Positions 45,778 to 55,310 of a stretch of DNA of 64,000 nt are shown here, one piece after another. How positions within the stretch are numbered: the first letter of the stretch is position 1; each line of letters begins with the position of its first letter. The position numbers were made by a program, and so were the translations under genes. The stretch comes from Escherichia coli. GTDB lineage: Bacteria > Pseudomonadota > Gammaproteobacteria > Enterobacterales > Enterobacteriaceae. The notes below the pieces were generated by a model. That model searched no databases. It had not been told where the DNA came from and was given only the letters and a program-made list of their open reading frames with translations. The stretch lies in NCBI RefSeq assembly GCF_016903815.1, contig NZ_CP069973.1. One strand, given 5' to 3'.

Positions 45778-48177
45778 TTATTTTAGTATCCATCCGGTAT
45801 TTCCTGTTCCTGTTTTTTTTTGATACCAATCACCATTATAATCAATGTACATTGACCCCTGAGGTGCGGTCACAACACCCTCAGGTGAACCGGAGCCTCT
45901 ATAAATTCCAAAGAGAGTTGTACCTCTTACTTTCTCGTATGCAAACAACAAACCATCTGAAGCCCTTCTGATACGCAACGGTTCGTGCTCTGAGTCCGAT
46001 GCAAATGTAGTGGTGCCGTTTGAATCTGTTTCCCTGGAAAAACTTCCATCTGTTCTTGTTCCTTCAATGATCGAATTTGGGTAGTTTGGATCATCAGATG
46101 AATGTAACCTAATATAGGAACTATTTGATGCTGATACCCCCCTACCCCTTAAAATCAATCCCTTAAATGATGACGTAAATAGTGCCTGGATTGAGCCATA
46201 AACAGTGTTATCACTACCGTTTTGCTGATCGTATATTCTTAGTCTTGAGCTATTATCATACATAATAGCGTTGAAGTACTCACCAAGACGTTCGCTAAAT
46301 GCAACAATATTAAAAGCATTGCGCCATCTAAATGATATATTTCGCCCGCTTTCTCCGGCATCTACACCTGCATTACTTGAAGCATTGGTTATGCCAGAAT
46401 TAAGGTTCTGCTCATCGTTGTTACCAGTCGCTGGTCGTATAGAGTAAATTGTCTTTTTCTCAAGAGAATAGCTACTTCCCCATCCATAATCTGTATCAGG
46501 ACTCCAGTCTCCAGAATTTGCATCCTTGGTTGTTTCCACCCAATAAGAGCCATTTGATGGAGGAACACCAATTATTCCAGAAGTCTCAATAGATGATGCA
46601 GCCCATCTTCTTCCACGCCAGTTTACAATATTAGCTCCTGCCCTCCATGTTTCTATGCAGCTTATAATTATTTCTTCGCCACGAATAGTTAAACCTTCCG
46701 GCTCGAATCTGGCTGGATTCCCAAGAGTTGGATGGTTAAGCAACCCATCGCGCCCATATTGCGACCTTGCATCATCGATATCTAATTTTCTTAGTAAATT
46801 ACCTGTTAAATCATATGTAAAGATATGATGCTTTCCAAAAGCATTAGTGCCTCCCTTAAGTATATGTATATATCTTCCATCAGACGCAATACCTTGTACA
46901 GAGTAAGCGCCTTCAGAAGGTGAGTCGCTCATTTCCCAAACAAACATGGGGTTTGCTAATGTTTTATCTTCAAGTTTATCAATTGATATTTTATCGTATA
47001 TAAATACAGTTCGTTTAGCGGCATCACTCTTTGGTGTATTAACCATTATTAAAAGACGACCGTCAGAAGAAATGGCAATTCCTGCACGATTGTAATCTTG
47101 AAATGGGTGACCGCTACCAGTAATCCCCCATACATTATAACTTTTTACGTCAGACTGAGTTGTTCCTGCCCCTCGCCAAGTTATTTTACTAAACCCTTTG
47201 CCTGCAGACTCCCCATCTTCACCTGAATTGGTTACACTTGATGTATATAAATATACTTGACCATTCTCCACCATGGCAGAAAGATCAAATCCGTGCCCAA
47301 GGTTTAATTCTGGAGAATACGCAACATGGTTTACTACCCTTCCATCATCATAAAGATTAAACTCAACAATACGAACTCTTTCTTTATCCGACCAGGTTGG
47401 CCCAACAGGCCGTTGTGTGACAAATAGTTTTTCAATGCCATTAACACGGCAATATGCGATCCCCTGTAACGCATTTCTGGCATTAGGATAAATTTCTGTG
47501 TTTGTTTCTCCCTGAAAACCAAAAAAAGGTTCCATCATTTTTCTCTGCGCAAGTTTGTCAGTTTCAAGTAGACGAGAAACGGAAATAAGAGAGCCATTAT
47601 CTGCAACAATCCTCCCAATACCTCGAGCAGAAGATACATCAACTTCGAGAGTATTTACTGCAAAATCGCCATCAGGAACAAACATTCTATAGCCTGCGTT
47701 AGAGAATGCCTCAGTAGCGTCAGTTATTCCATCACTGATAGCCCCCCAACCGCGAACATCTTTGTCATCACGCCATCGTGCAATCTGCAATTCGGGATAT
47801 TTTTTAGCACCATCCGGGTCTTCTAACTGCTGCCGTAGCTGATCCGGGTCATACTTCAGCACATTAGGGAAATAGAACTGCTGAGTGCCATATGCATCAT
47901 ATACAGCCATAGAATGGCCTTGAACAGTTACGAATTTGGCAATCTGCCCGTTATATACCGGATATCCAGCAGCGTTAATGATGATTGGCTGCGAAACAGG
48001 AACATGAGAGCCGTCTTCGTTCTCTACATAAACCTGAATCTGGTTTTCTGGACTTACCGGGTCAGTGTCAATTTTTCCGATATAAATTTTGCCGTTGGCT
48101 ACTGCTTTAAAAGAACGCGCCATAGTGAAGAGTTGCGAAGGCATACTCACTACAACATTGGCTGTAATGTCTGTCAT
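45778..48177 (-). CDS. tailspike: P22 gp9-type N-terminal head-binding domain fused to an unrecognised receptor-binding/depolymerase part
   Basis: 799 aa. aa 1-113 ([40 protein letters not shown]...NVLKYDPDQ) match the P22/HK620/Sf6 head-binding domain as recalled. The remainder is AT-rich and not recognisable to me. Confidence 0.9.
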   Translation of the reverse strand: MTDITANVVVSMPSQLFTMARSFKAVANGKIYIGKIDTDPVSPENQIQVYVENEDGSHVPVSQPIIINAAGYPVYNGQIAKFVTVQGHSMAVYDAYGTQQFYFPNVLKYDPDQLRQQLEDPDGAKKYPELQIARWRDDKDVRGWGAISDGITDATEAFSNAGYRMFVPDGDFAVNTLEVDVSSARGIGRIVADNGSLISVSRLLETDKLAQRKMMEPFFGFQGETNTEIYPNARNALQGIAYCRVNGIEKLFVTQRPVGPTWSDKERVRIVEFNLYDDGRVVNHVAYSPELNLGHGFDLSAMVENGQVYLYTSSVTNSGEDGESAGKGFSKITWRGAGTTQSDVKSYNVWGITGSGHPFQDYNRAGIAISSDGRLLIMVNTPKSDAAKRTVFIYDKISIDKLEDKTLANPMFVWEMSDSPSEGAYSVQGIASDGRYIHILKGGTNAFGKHHIFTYDLTGNLLRKLDIDDARSQYGRDGLLNHPTLGNPARFEPEGLTIRGEEIIISCIETWRAGANIVNWRGRRWAASSIETSGIIGVPPSNGSYWVETTKDANSGDWSPDTDYGWGSSYSLEKKTIYSIRPATGNNDEQNLNSGITNASSNAGVDAGESGRNISFRWRNAFNIVAFSERLGEYFNAIMYDNSSRLRIYDQQNGSDNTVYGSIQALFTSSFKGLILRGRGVSASNSSYIRLHSSDDPNYPNSIIEGTRTDGSFSRETDSNGTTTFASDSEHEPLRIRRASDGLLFAYEKVRGTTLFGIYRGSGSPEGVVTAPQGSMYIDYNGDWYQKKTGTGNTGWILK

Positions 48178-48341
48178 TTAATTTTCTCCAGACGTAGCAA
48201 TGCGGAACAAGATGCAACTTGCCCGGCATTGCATTAATGTAAGTTATGATTTGTTAACTATGAGATGAGTCTATGCAAAAAGATCTGTTGAATATTGCGT
48301 TCTATATATTTGGTTTTTGCACATTTCTGGTGTTTGCAAAG

Positions 48342-50339
48342 CTATTCTGACAACGAATCAGACTTAGCCCCCTGCGTCAGAGCGTTAATTGCCTTTTGTG
48401 CCTGCTGCATTGCTTTCTCAAAGGCTGTTGATCCGCGTGGGGTGTTTGCCATTCTGAGCATTGCATTTCTGAATGGTTCGCTCTCATAGGCGCGAGTAAG
48501 AAGTCCGTAGCTTACTGCTGCGCCAGTTGTCGCCGGGTTCATTGCCGTCCCATACCCGATAATGAACGGGATGGTTTGCTGCCCTGTGGGTGTTGTTACT
48601 GCCGCTTTTGCTGCCTGCTGAGTGGACTGAAGGTAATTTTTCAATCCTTTCAGATAAGCAGCATCCTGCCCCTTAAATGTGATGCCAGTCTGGTTTTGCA
48701 GGATGTTAAGCTGCCGAAGGAACTGGTCAGGGGATCCGCCAGATTTCTCCATCGCCTTTCCAATGATGCCATTGCGCATTTGCGCCCTGCCAACACGACC
48801 AACTGAGTTATACAGAGTCTTAATTTCCGATTTGTTCTTGCTGAATAGCATGTTGTTGACAACTTCCGGCGTCAGATCGCCTTTCATGAGAACATTCTTC
48901 AGCCTGGTATTCTTTAGTTTAGCCGCTTCGTCAGCGTAGACGGCATTGGCCTGCTGATATTTACGGAGAGTATCGTTGCCAAGATTCTGACCAATGGCAC
49001 CATTGATATCGTCGGTCATTGCATTGTAAACGCGCTGAATGGCAGCATCGGAACGGTTTGGTAACACTGGTCGCTCACCCTTCACGTCCATTCTGAACTG
49101 GCTGCGCAGATCGCTTAATTGCTTCAAATCCAGATTTACCGGACCATCAGGACCAGCATTGCGAACAAGCTCATCACGATAGGACTGAAGTTTTGAAATT
49201 GTCTCGTTATCAGCCACCTTACCAAGCTTCTGCAGATTAGATATCTCAGTATCAATCTGCTGAATTGCTCGTGCAGGCTGAATGTTTACTCCAGCCATAG
49301 CATTCTGAACCTGCTCCAGTCGATTACCGGCGGCACGACGAATTCCTGATGTTTTCGCTTTAAGGCTGTCAATAACAACCGCTGGATCATACTCACCGAA
49401 TTTATCGGCAAATCTCTGCACCAACTGGCTTCTCGCTTCCTGTTGCGTTGCTCTCATTCCGCTTGTGCCAGCCAGGGGGATATTTTCTGCTGTAGTCTGC
49501 GCCATTTTCCCGACGCGGGAAGTAGGCTGTAACAGGTCTGTGGTGTGCAGAGGAACTCCTTCACGCTCTGCAAACCTGATAGCCTGTTGAGCTTCTGGTG
49601 CTATCGAACCACGAACACCACGATAAGCAGCACCTAATCCACGTCCGGCAGCGTTAATAGCACCGCCAGCCAGCACACCAACGCCTAAATCGGTGGCGAG
49701 TGCTTCCGCATCATCTTTCGCACTGTTTGCAGCAAGTGATCCAACTGCGTTTTCTGCTAGAAGGCGAGTTGCCCCCTGAGCAATTCGACCAGCAAGTGTT
49801 GGTGCCTGTGTTGCCGCTCTCTCAACGCCAGCAGGAGTGAGGTAAGGCAATGCTTCAGCAAATACCCTTCCCTCTGTCGTTTGTGGAGTCAGCGCGCCTT
49901 GCTGAAGGCCAAAGTCCTGCTCTAATCCCTGCGTTGTTACTCGTGGTGCTGGTTGATATGTACCATCGCCAATGCCGAGTTTACCGCCAGCCCAAGCCGC
50001 CGCGCTTGTTACAGCATCGGCAACTGATGCAGGTATGTTTGCCACATTCACGCCAGCCTGCACCAGTCCGCGACCAGTCTCTTTTACTGCTTCGCCAAGA
50101 TCAGACATAAATCCACTTTGCTGTGGTTGTTGCTGTGCTACTGGTTGCGGCGTCTCCACTGGCGACACAGATGGCAATGGATAGGCAGCATAGAAAGCTT
50201 GCTTAGCCTGCTCTGCATTTTCTCCGGCTTGCGGGGCCACGACTTCATTGAAGTATTGCTCCTGAGCCTGCGCTTTTTGTTCTGGTGCTAACGCCTGATA
50301 CTGTGGAGAGGCGATAACATCTTTCCATGCTTTAGCCAT
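48342..50339 (-). CDS. ejection (injection) protein, gp16-like by position
   Basis: 665-aa Ala/Gln-rich ORF, last of three ejection-protein genes before the tailspike. Its start overlaps the stop of the upstream gene (ATGA-type junction at 50339). Confidence 0.75.
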   Translation of the reverse strand: MAKAWKDVIASPQYQALAPEQKAQAQEQYFNEVVAPQAGENAEQAKQAFYAAYPLPSVSPVETPQPVAQQQPQQSGFMSDLGEAVKETGRGLVQAGVNVANIPASVADAVTSAAAWAGGKLGIGDGTYQPAPRVTTQGLEQDFGLQQGALTPQTTEGRVFAEALPYLTPAGVERAATQAPTLAGRIAQGATRLLAENAVGSLAANSAKDDAEALATDLGVGVLAGGAINAAGRGLGAAYRGVRGSIAPEAQQAIRFAEREGVPLHTTDLLQPTSRVGKMAQTTAENIPLAGTSGMRATQQEARSQLVQRFADKFGEYDPAVVIDSLKAKTSGIRRAAGNRLEQVQNAMAGVNIQPARAIQQIDTEISNLQKLGKVADNETISKLQSYRDELVRNAGPDGPVNLDLKQLSDLRSQFRMDVKGERPVLPNRSDAAIQRVYNAMTDDINGAIGQNLGNDTLRKYQQANAVYADEAAKLKNTRLKNVLMKGDLTPEVVNNMLFSKNKSEIKTLYNSVGRVGRAQMRNGIIGKAMEKSGGSPDQFLRQLNILQNQTGITFKGQDAAYLKGLKNYLQSTQQAAKAAVTTPTGQQTIPFIIGYGTAMNPATTGAAVSYGLLTRAYESEPFRNAMLRMANTPRGSTAFEKAMQQAQKAINALTQGAKSDSLSE

Positions 50340-51727
50340 TAATCACCCCATAGTGAAGAAAAGTTACTGCTGGCTGCTGGCTGTGATACCTGTGCAGGTT
50401 GAGATTGCTGCCGCTGAGATTTACCAACATTAACGTTATATTGTTGGTTGTAATTGTTGGTGTATTCCTGAATCTCACGAATCGACTGCTGCATAGCCTC
50501 CGGGCTTGAATAGTCAACCTGCGGCATCCCCTGAAAATACATCTTCGCTTCTGCAACGGTGTTAATACCACTGGCCCCCATGTCCCTTGCTGCCGCCACA
50601 CCCTGATTCTGCATTCTGCCCTGAATACGTTGTGCTGAGTTATATAACTGGCGCTGCTCTTTTCCTGTTAATCTGCTGCGAACATCAGCACCAATTGCCG
50701 GGTTACCTGCGCCGCCGGTCATTCCTGTCATGAAATCGAGAGCAGAAGCGTCTGCATTTGCGATAGCGTCGATATCCTTCTTCATGGCATAGTTTTGTGC
50801 TGATGCAGACGATGTTGCAGGCGCTGCGATTGAACTGGCAGGAACGCGAACCATATTCCCCTCGTTGTCGATGCCTTCGTAGAACGCATTAGCCCCAGCG
50901 CCGTGAAGCTTCCCACCTACCGTTACAGTTCTGCCATCTGATAACTGAACTGTACGCTCATCATTCCCAGCGATTCCTCTTGTTGACGCTCGCTGCATTG
51001 CCAAATCCTGACCTCGTCGCGCAGTAGAAGCAGATAAGTCCTGACCGCGCATCGTGATGTTCTGACCTCGTGCTGTTAGCGCCTCTCCAGCCTGATTGCT
51101 GCGGATTGTCTCTGCCAGTCTGCCTCGGTCAATTTCACGACCAGCCATCTTGTCCTGAACATTGAAGTAGTCAATCGGACCGAGAGCAGCCATCCCAAGG
51201 TGATCAACAAACTCACCAAATCCTGAAGGATTCTGCTGATACATCTGAGCAACGCTGTTAGGGTCAACACCGACGCGAGTCAGTTCCTTGGCGTTGTTTT
51301 GCAGCCATGATTGCATTGCTTCTGGAGACGATGACGCAAGGCGTGCGCCAGCCGCTAAGGTGCCGATAGAATTACGCTGCTCTTCATCAATGAATCCCAT
51401 GCCTTTACGAACGGATTCAATCTGGTCTGGATATTGAGTAGCCAACTGACGCAAAGCACCGCGATCACCAGACGCATAAGCATTAGCGTATGCCTGCTGA
51501 AATTCTTTCTGCCGCTGAGCCTGCTTTTCCTGCTGAAACACCCCCGCAATACCTGAAAGGCCTTGCAAAGCAGTCAGCCCAACATTGTTAGCGCCTGAAC
51601 GCTCAATATCATTGTTCTGCCTGATAAGCTGAAGCGTATTGCCGATGTCATTTACGCTCGGAGCGTTTGAGTTGACGCCGCCGATACCAGCCAACAATCC
51701 GCCGTTTGTTCCTTGCCAAGTAGCCAT
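50339..51727 (-). CDS. ejection protein, gp20-like by position
   Basis: 462-aa ORF (P22 gp20 is about 470 aa as recalled). Gly/Ala/Gln-rich, in the middle ejection-protein position. Confidence 0.75.
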   Translation of the reverse strand: MATWQGTNGGLLAGIGGVNSNAPSVNDIGNTLQLIRQNNDIERSGANNVGLTALQGLSGIAGVFQQEKQAQRQKEFQQAYANAYASGDRGALRQLATQYPDQIESVRKGMGFIDEEQRNSIGTLAAGARLASSSPEAMQSWLQNNAKELTRVGVDPNSVAQMYQQNPSGFGEFVDHLGMAALGPIDYFNVQDKMAGREIDRGRLAETIRSNQAGEALTARGQNITMRGQDLSASTARRGQDLAMQRASTRGIAGNDERTVQLSDGRTVTVGGKLHGAGANAFYEGIDNEGNMVRVPASSIAAPATSSASAQNYAMKKDIDAIANADASALDFMTGMTGGAGNPAIGADVRSRLTGKEQRQLYNSAQRIQGRMQNQGVAAARDMGASGINTVAEAKMYFQGMPQVDYSSPEAMQQSIREIQEYTNNYNQQYNVNVGKSQRQQSQPAQVSQPAASSNFSSLWGD

Positions 51728-51736
51728 GATTACCCC

Positions 51737-52429
51737 TTAAAACAACGAGCCAAGCAATCCGATACCAGCACCAATGCCAGCGCCCCAAGGCGTTGATGTT
51801 CCCAAAAGGCTGGCAAGACCTGCACCGGCAATCGCACCAGACGTTCCGCCACTAATTGCTGTCTGAAGACTTGATGGTTTGTTGGCATTAGCAGCGGCAA
51901 GAGCTGCGCTTTGCTGTGCAATGCTGCTCATGTTGTTGGCGTATGTCTGCCCGGCGTTCGCCTGACCTTGCAGCGCACCAAGGCCAATGTTTGCCAGATT
52001 GTTGTAGTTGCTCATCTGGTTCGACAACCACGACTGACCGAGAGTCGGGGCAATCGTGGCCAGTTGATTGCTTGTGGCTGTCGAGCCAAGTCCCCCCGTC
52101 GCCTCCGCAGCAGCAAGACTCTGGTAACGCGCCTGACCTGCAAGGTCTTTATACTGCTGAGAGTTGTAATACTGATTAAGTGCCTGCCCCTGTCCTTCTA
52201 AACTGGAAAGATTCTGAAGCTGGTTAACATACTGCTCCGCAAGCGGAGTGAACGGAGCAAGGTTTTTCATGATCGTCTGCCACTGTTGATTTTGCAGGTC
52301 TGCGGCATACTTCTGAGCTTCTGCTGCATACTTTGCGCTTTTATCAGAGCTACCACCTTTCCCGCCTTTTTCAGGGCACCAAGGTTCCTCGCCGCGCAGT
52401 TTTCTGCCCAGCTTAAATGCATATAACAT
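51737..52429 (-). CDS. ejection protein, gp7-like
   Basis: 230 aa. The N-terminus MLYAFKLGRKLRGEEP...GGKGGSSDKSAKYAA resembles P22 gp7 as recalled. Gly/Ala-rich hydrophobic C-terminus. Confidence 0.8.
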   Translation of the reverse strand: MLYAFKLGRKLRGEEPWCPEKGGKGGSSDKSAKYAAEAQKYAADLQNQQWQTIMKNLAPFTPLAEQYVNQLQNLSSLEGQGQALNQYYNSQQYKDLAGQARYQSLAAAEATGGLGSTATSNQLATIAPTLGQSWLSNQMSNYNNLANIGLGALQGQANAGQTYANNMSSIAQQSAALAAANANKPSSLQTAISGGTSGAIAGAGLASLLGTSTPWGAGIGAGIGLLGSLF

Positions 52430-52431
52430 GG

Positions 52432-52887
52432 CTATCTCCCGTGATTCAGGAAGTCGATTAGTTCTTCGCGTGTTGCGCTGTAAAACGTCACGTCATCCAC
52501 GCCTTTGAAGTATTTCTTGATGGTTCCTACACGATTAAGGCCAATCATTGCGCAGTACATCTGACCGTGGCGGAATTTGCGTGCAGCGAACGATGTGACG
52601 CACTGAACGGTGGTGTTAGTCAGAATGTATCGCCAGAACGCCAGCCCGATTTCCTTGCTGAAGCCTCGAATCTCTGGCAGGTACATGGCGTGGCAATCGA
52701 ATGTAAGCGGCTGAATCTCCTGATAGTAAACAATGCCGCCGAACTGCCCGTGCACGTTCACCTCAAAGTAACGGCAATCAGGTTTGTAGTCGTATCCATC
52801 ACCGTTGTTGCTCCCGGCGATAATGTCAGGGTGATTTCCTACTGCTTCTATCAGGTCGATGTTTCGCGTTGGTTTGAATGTAATCAT
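52432..52887 (-). CDS. gp14-like ejection-protein assembly factor
   Basis: 151-aa ORF between the needle gene and the gp7-like gene, the P22 gene 14 position. Confidence 0.7.
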   Translation of the reverse strand: MITFKPTRNIDLIEAVGNHPDIIAGSNNGDGYDYKPDCRYFEVNVHGQFGGIVYYQEIQPLTFDCHAMYLPEIRGFSKEIGLAFWRYILTNTTVQCVTSFAARKFRHGQMYCAMIGLNRVGTIKKYFKGVDDVTFYSATREELIDFLNHGR

Positions 52888-53588
52888 CAGTCAATCAGCC
52901 CATGTAATCTAAGTGCTGTTTCAAGCGCCAGAATACGCTGCCGCGCCTGCTCCAAACCTGTAGCGATAGCTGCGACTTCGGATTGTGTGTACGTAGTGCC
53001 GACCGTGTATGACTGGTTAGCGTTGAATGAGCCAAGAAGTGGTGTGCCTGTGGCCGCCGTCCATCCGGTCTGCCTTGCTCCAACGACCTGAATTCCATCA
53101 ACTGAATATGATGTTTTTACATCCAGCGGTGACGCAAGAGACTGCGATTCTGTTACGGTTTTCGATACGTAATCACTCTTAATGCCAGAGACATCGTTTT
53201 CTACGTCATCCAGTCTTTGGTCAACAGTGACCAGATGCGCCTGAATATCGATAACCTCATCCAGCAAGTAATCAACATCGCTACGCAGTACGACTATCTT
53301 CCCTTCGGCAGTTGTTAACCTGACCTCAAGTAGATTTATCGCTTTTGTGTTTGCGGTGATTCTTGCGTCGTGATCAGCCAGTTCGACGTCCTGTTCATCG
53401 TTTTTTACCTGAGCATCGTAAGCGCCCTGACCAGCCTGATTTGCCTTCCCGGCAATTGCGCCAACATCAGCACCCTGATTTATGACATACAGCAGGTAAG
53501 ACTGGCTGAATATATTGCGTGGAAGGATTGATGTATCGAGCCGCGTCGCCTGCACAATAACAGGGGTGTTGAGATTCGAATCAGCCAT
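52887..53588 (-). CDS. tail needle (P22 gp26-like)
   Basis: 233 aa. N-terminus [36 protein letters not shown] and C-terminus ...[13 protein letters not shown] closely resemble P22 gp26 as recalled, with a coiled-coil middle. Confidence 0.9.
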   Translation of the reverse strand: MADSNLNTPVIVQATRLDTSILPRNIFSQSYLLYVINQGADVGAIAGKANQAGQGAYDAQVKNDEQDVELADHDARITANTKAINLLEVRLTTAEGKIVVLRSDVDYLLDEVIDIQAHLVTVDQRLDDVENDVSGIKSDYVSKTVTESQSLASPLDVKTSYSVDGIQVVGARQTGWTAATGTPLLGSFNANQSYTVGTTYTQSEVAAIATGLEQARQRILALETALRLHGLID

Positions 53589-53969
53589 TACTCAATCCTC
53601 TGCCTTGCAAACTCTCCAAAATTTTCTGCTCTTGCCATCATTGATGCTGAGATAGCTTCGTCCAGGTCATCGAAGCATCCAACGTGAACCTGTTTTTTAT
53701 TTTTCTTGAAAGAAACAGTCCACTTGCAGAGATTTTTGTGCCAACAGACACCAGGATATCCTGACTTATTATTTCTTTGAATATTCCTGTTCATCCCATT
53801 CTGGGATCTATTTGCCAATCTTAAATTTGAAAATCTGTTATCCGTTCTGTCTCCGTTAATATGATCTATTAAGCAATTTGCAGGTTTTCCTGTCATATAA
53901 AACCAAGCAAGCCTATGCGCTAAGTATCTCTTACCACAGACCATTATCCTTAAATAACCAGTGCACATG

Positions 53970-53974
53970 GTTCC
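53970..53974. repeat. IS2 target-site duplication, copy 1 (GTTCC)
   Basis: gttcc immediately abuts the IS2 end at 53975 and is identical to 55306-55310. Confidence 0.9.
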
Positions 53975-53985
53975 TGGATTTGCCC

Positions 53986-54891
53986 CTATATTTCCAGACA
54001 TCTGTTATCACTTAACCCATTACAAGCCCGCTGCCGCAGATATTCCCGTGGCGAGCGATAACCCAGCGCACTATGCGGATGCCATTCGTTATAATGCTCG
54101 AACGCCTCTGCAAGGTTCTTTGCTGCCGTTAACCCGTCTGGTTTGGGCATGATACTGATGTAGTCACGCTTTATCGTTTTCACGAAGCTCTCTGCTATTC
54201 CGTTACTCTCCGGACTCCGCACCGCCGTGTTCTTCGGTTCAAGTCCCAACATCCGGGCGAACTGGCGTGTTTCATTAGCCCGGTAGCATGAACCATTATC
54301 CGTCAGCCACTCCACTGGAGACGACGGAAGATCGTTGCCGAAGCGGCGTTCCACCGCTCCCAGCATGACGTCCTGTACTGTTTCACTGTTGAAGCCGCCG
54401 GTAGTGACCGCCCAGTGCAGTGCCTCACGATCACAGCAGTCCAGCGCGAACGTGACACGCAGTCTCTCTCCGTTATCACAGCAGAACTCGAACCCGTCAG
54501 AGCACCATCGCTGATTGCTTTCTTTCACGGCCACTCTGCCTGTATGTGCCCGTTTCGATGGCGGTACAGCAGGTTTTCGCTCAAGCAACAGCGCATTCTG
54601 GCGCATGATCCGGTAAACACGTTTGGCATTGATCGCAGGCATACCATCAAGTTCTGCCTGTCTGCGAAGCAGCGCCCATACCCGACGATAACCATACGTG
54701 GGCAGCTCTCCGATAACATGGTGTATACGGAGAAGCACATCCGTATCATCAGTGTGACGACTGCGGCGGCCATCCATCCAGTCATCGGTTCGTCTGAGAA
54801 TGACGTGCAACTGCGCACGCGACACCCGGAGACAACGGCTGACTAAGCTTACTCCCCATCCCCGGGCAATAAGGGCGCGTGCGCTATCCAC
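53986..54891 (-). CDS. insD: IS2 transposase OrfB (InsD), DDE domain
   Basis: 301 aa, (GTG)[23 protein letters not shown]...; matches IS2 InsD as recalled. Confidence 0.95.
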
Positions 54892-55214
54892 TTTTTTGCC
54901 CGTCCATATTCAACGGCTTCTTTGAGGAGTTCATTTTCCATCGTTTTCTTGCCGAGCAGGCGCTGGAGTTCTTTAATCTGCTTCATGGCAGCAGCAAGTT
55001 CAGAGGCAGGAACAACCTGTTCTCCGGCGGCGACAGCAGTAAGACTTCCTTCCTGGTATTGCTTACGCCAGAGAAATAACTGGCTGGCTGCTACACCATG
55101 TTGCCGGGCAACGAGGGAGACCGTCATCCCCGGTTCAAAGCTCTGCTGAACAATTGCGATCTTTTCCTGTGTGGTACGCCGTCTGCGTTTCTCCGGCCCT
55201 AAGACATCAATCAT
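54849..55214 (-). CDS. insC: IS2 OrfA (InsC), HTH protein
   Basis: The ATG at 55214 gives [26 protein letters not shown]... (121 aa); matches IS2 InsC as recalled. Confidence 0.95.
54891..54897 (-). other. IS2 programmed -1 frameshift site (A AAA AAG)
   Basis: The minus strand reads GCA AAA AAG TGG in the insC frame. The GTG of insD begins at the final G. This is the typical IS3-family OrfAB fusion signal. Confidence 0.8.
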
Positions 55215-55305
55215 CTGTTCTCCAATGACTAGTCTAAAAACTAGTATTAAGACTATCACTTATTTAAGTGATATTGGTTGTCTGGAGATTCAGGGGGCCA
55301 GTCTA

Positions 55306-55310
55306 GTTCC
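55306..55310. repeat. IS2 target-site duplication, copy 2 (GTTCC)
   Basis: gttcc immediately after the IS2 end at 55305 and identical to 53970-53974. Confidence 0.9.

Larger units (their letters stand above)
53975..55305 (-). mobile_element. IS2: IS2 (IS3 family), complete copy
   Basis: 1331 bp. Its ends are tggatttgcccctatatttccagaca... and ...tctggagattcagggggccagtcta, which are imperfect terminal inverted repeats. It carries insC and insD with an A6G slippery site and is flanked by a 5-bp direct repeat. Confidence 0.95.

Noticed and set aside
45778-48177. Possibility that this is a CUS-3-type K1 endosialidase tailspike accompanied by a neuO-like phase-variable acetyltransferase
   Set aside because: I found no sialidase Asp-box (S-x-D-x-G-x-T-W) in the spike. 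There is no hexapeptide-repeat acetyltransferase and no heptanucleotide VNTR in the int-spike interval. The C-terminus does not look like the endosialidase intramolecular-chaperone domain as I recall it.
50332-50601. 89-aa ORF and other short ORFs nested in the ejection-protein, coat and portal genes (for example 48650-48862, 51076-51270, 57478-57726, 60766-60972)
   Set aside because: All lie in alternative frames of long, well-supported structural genes, without ribosome-binding sites. They are treated as frame artefacts.
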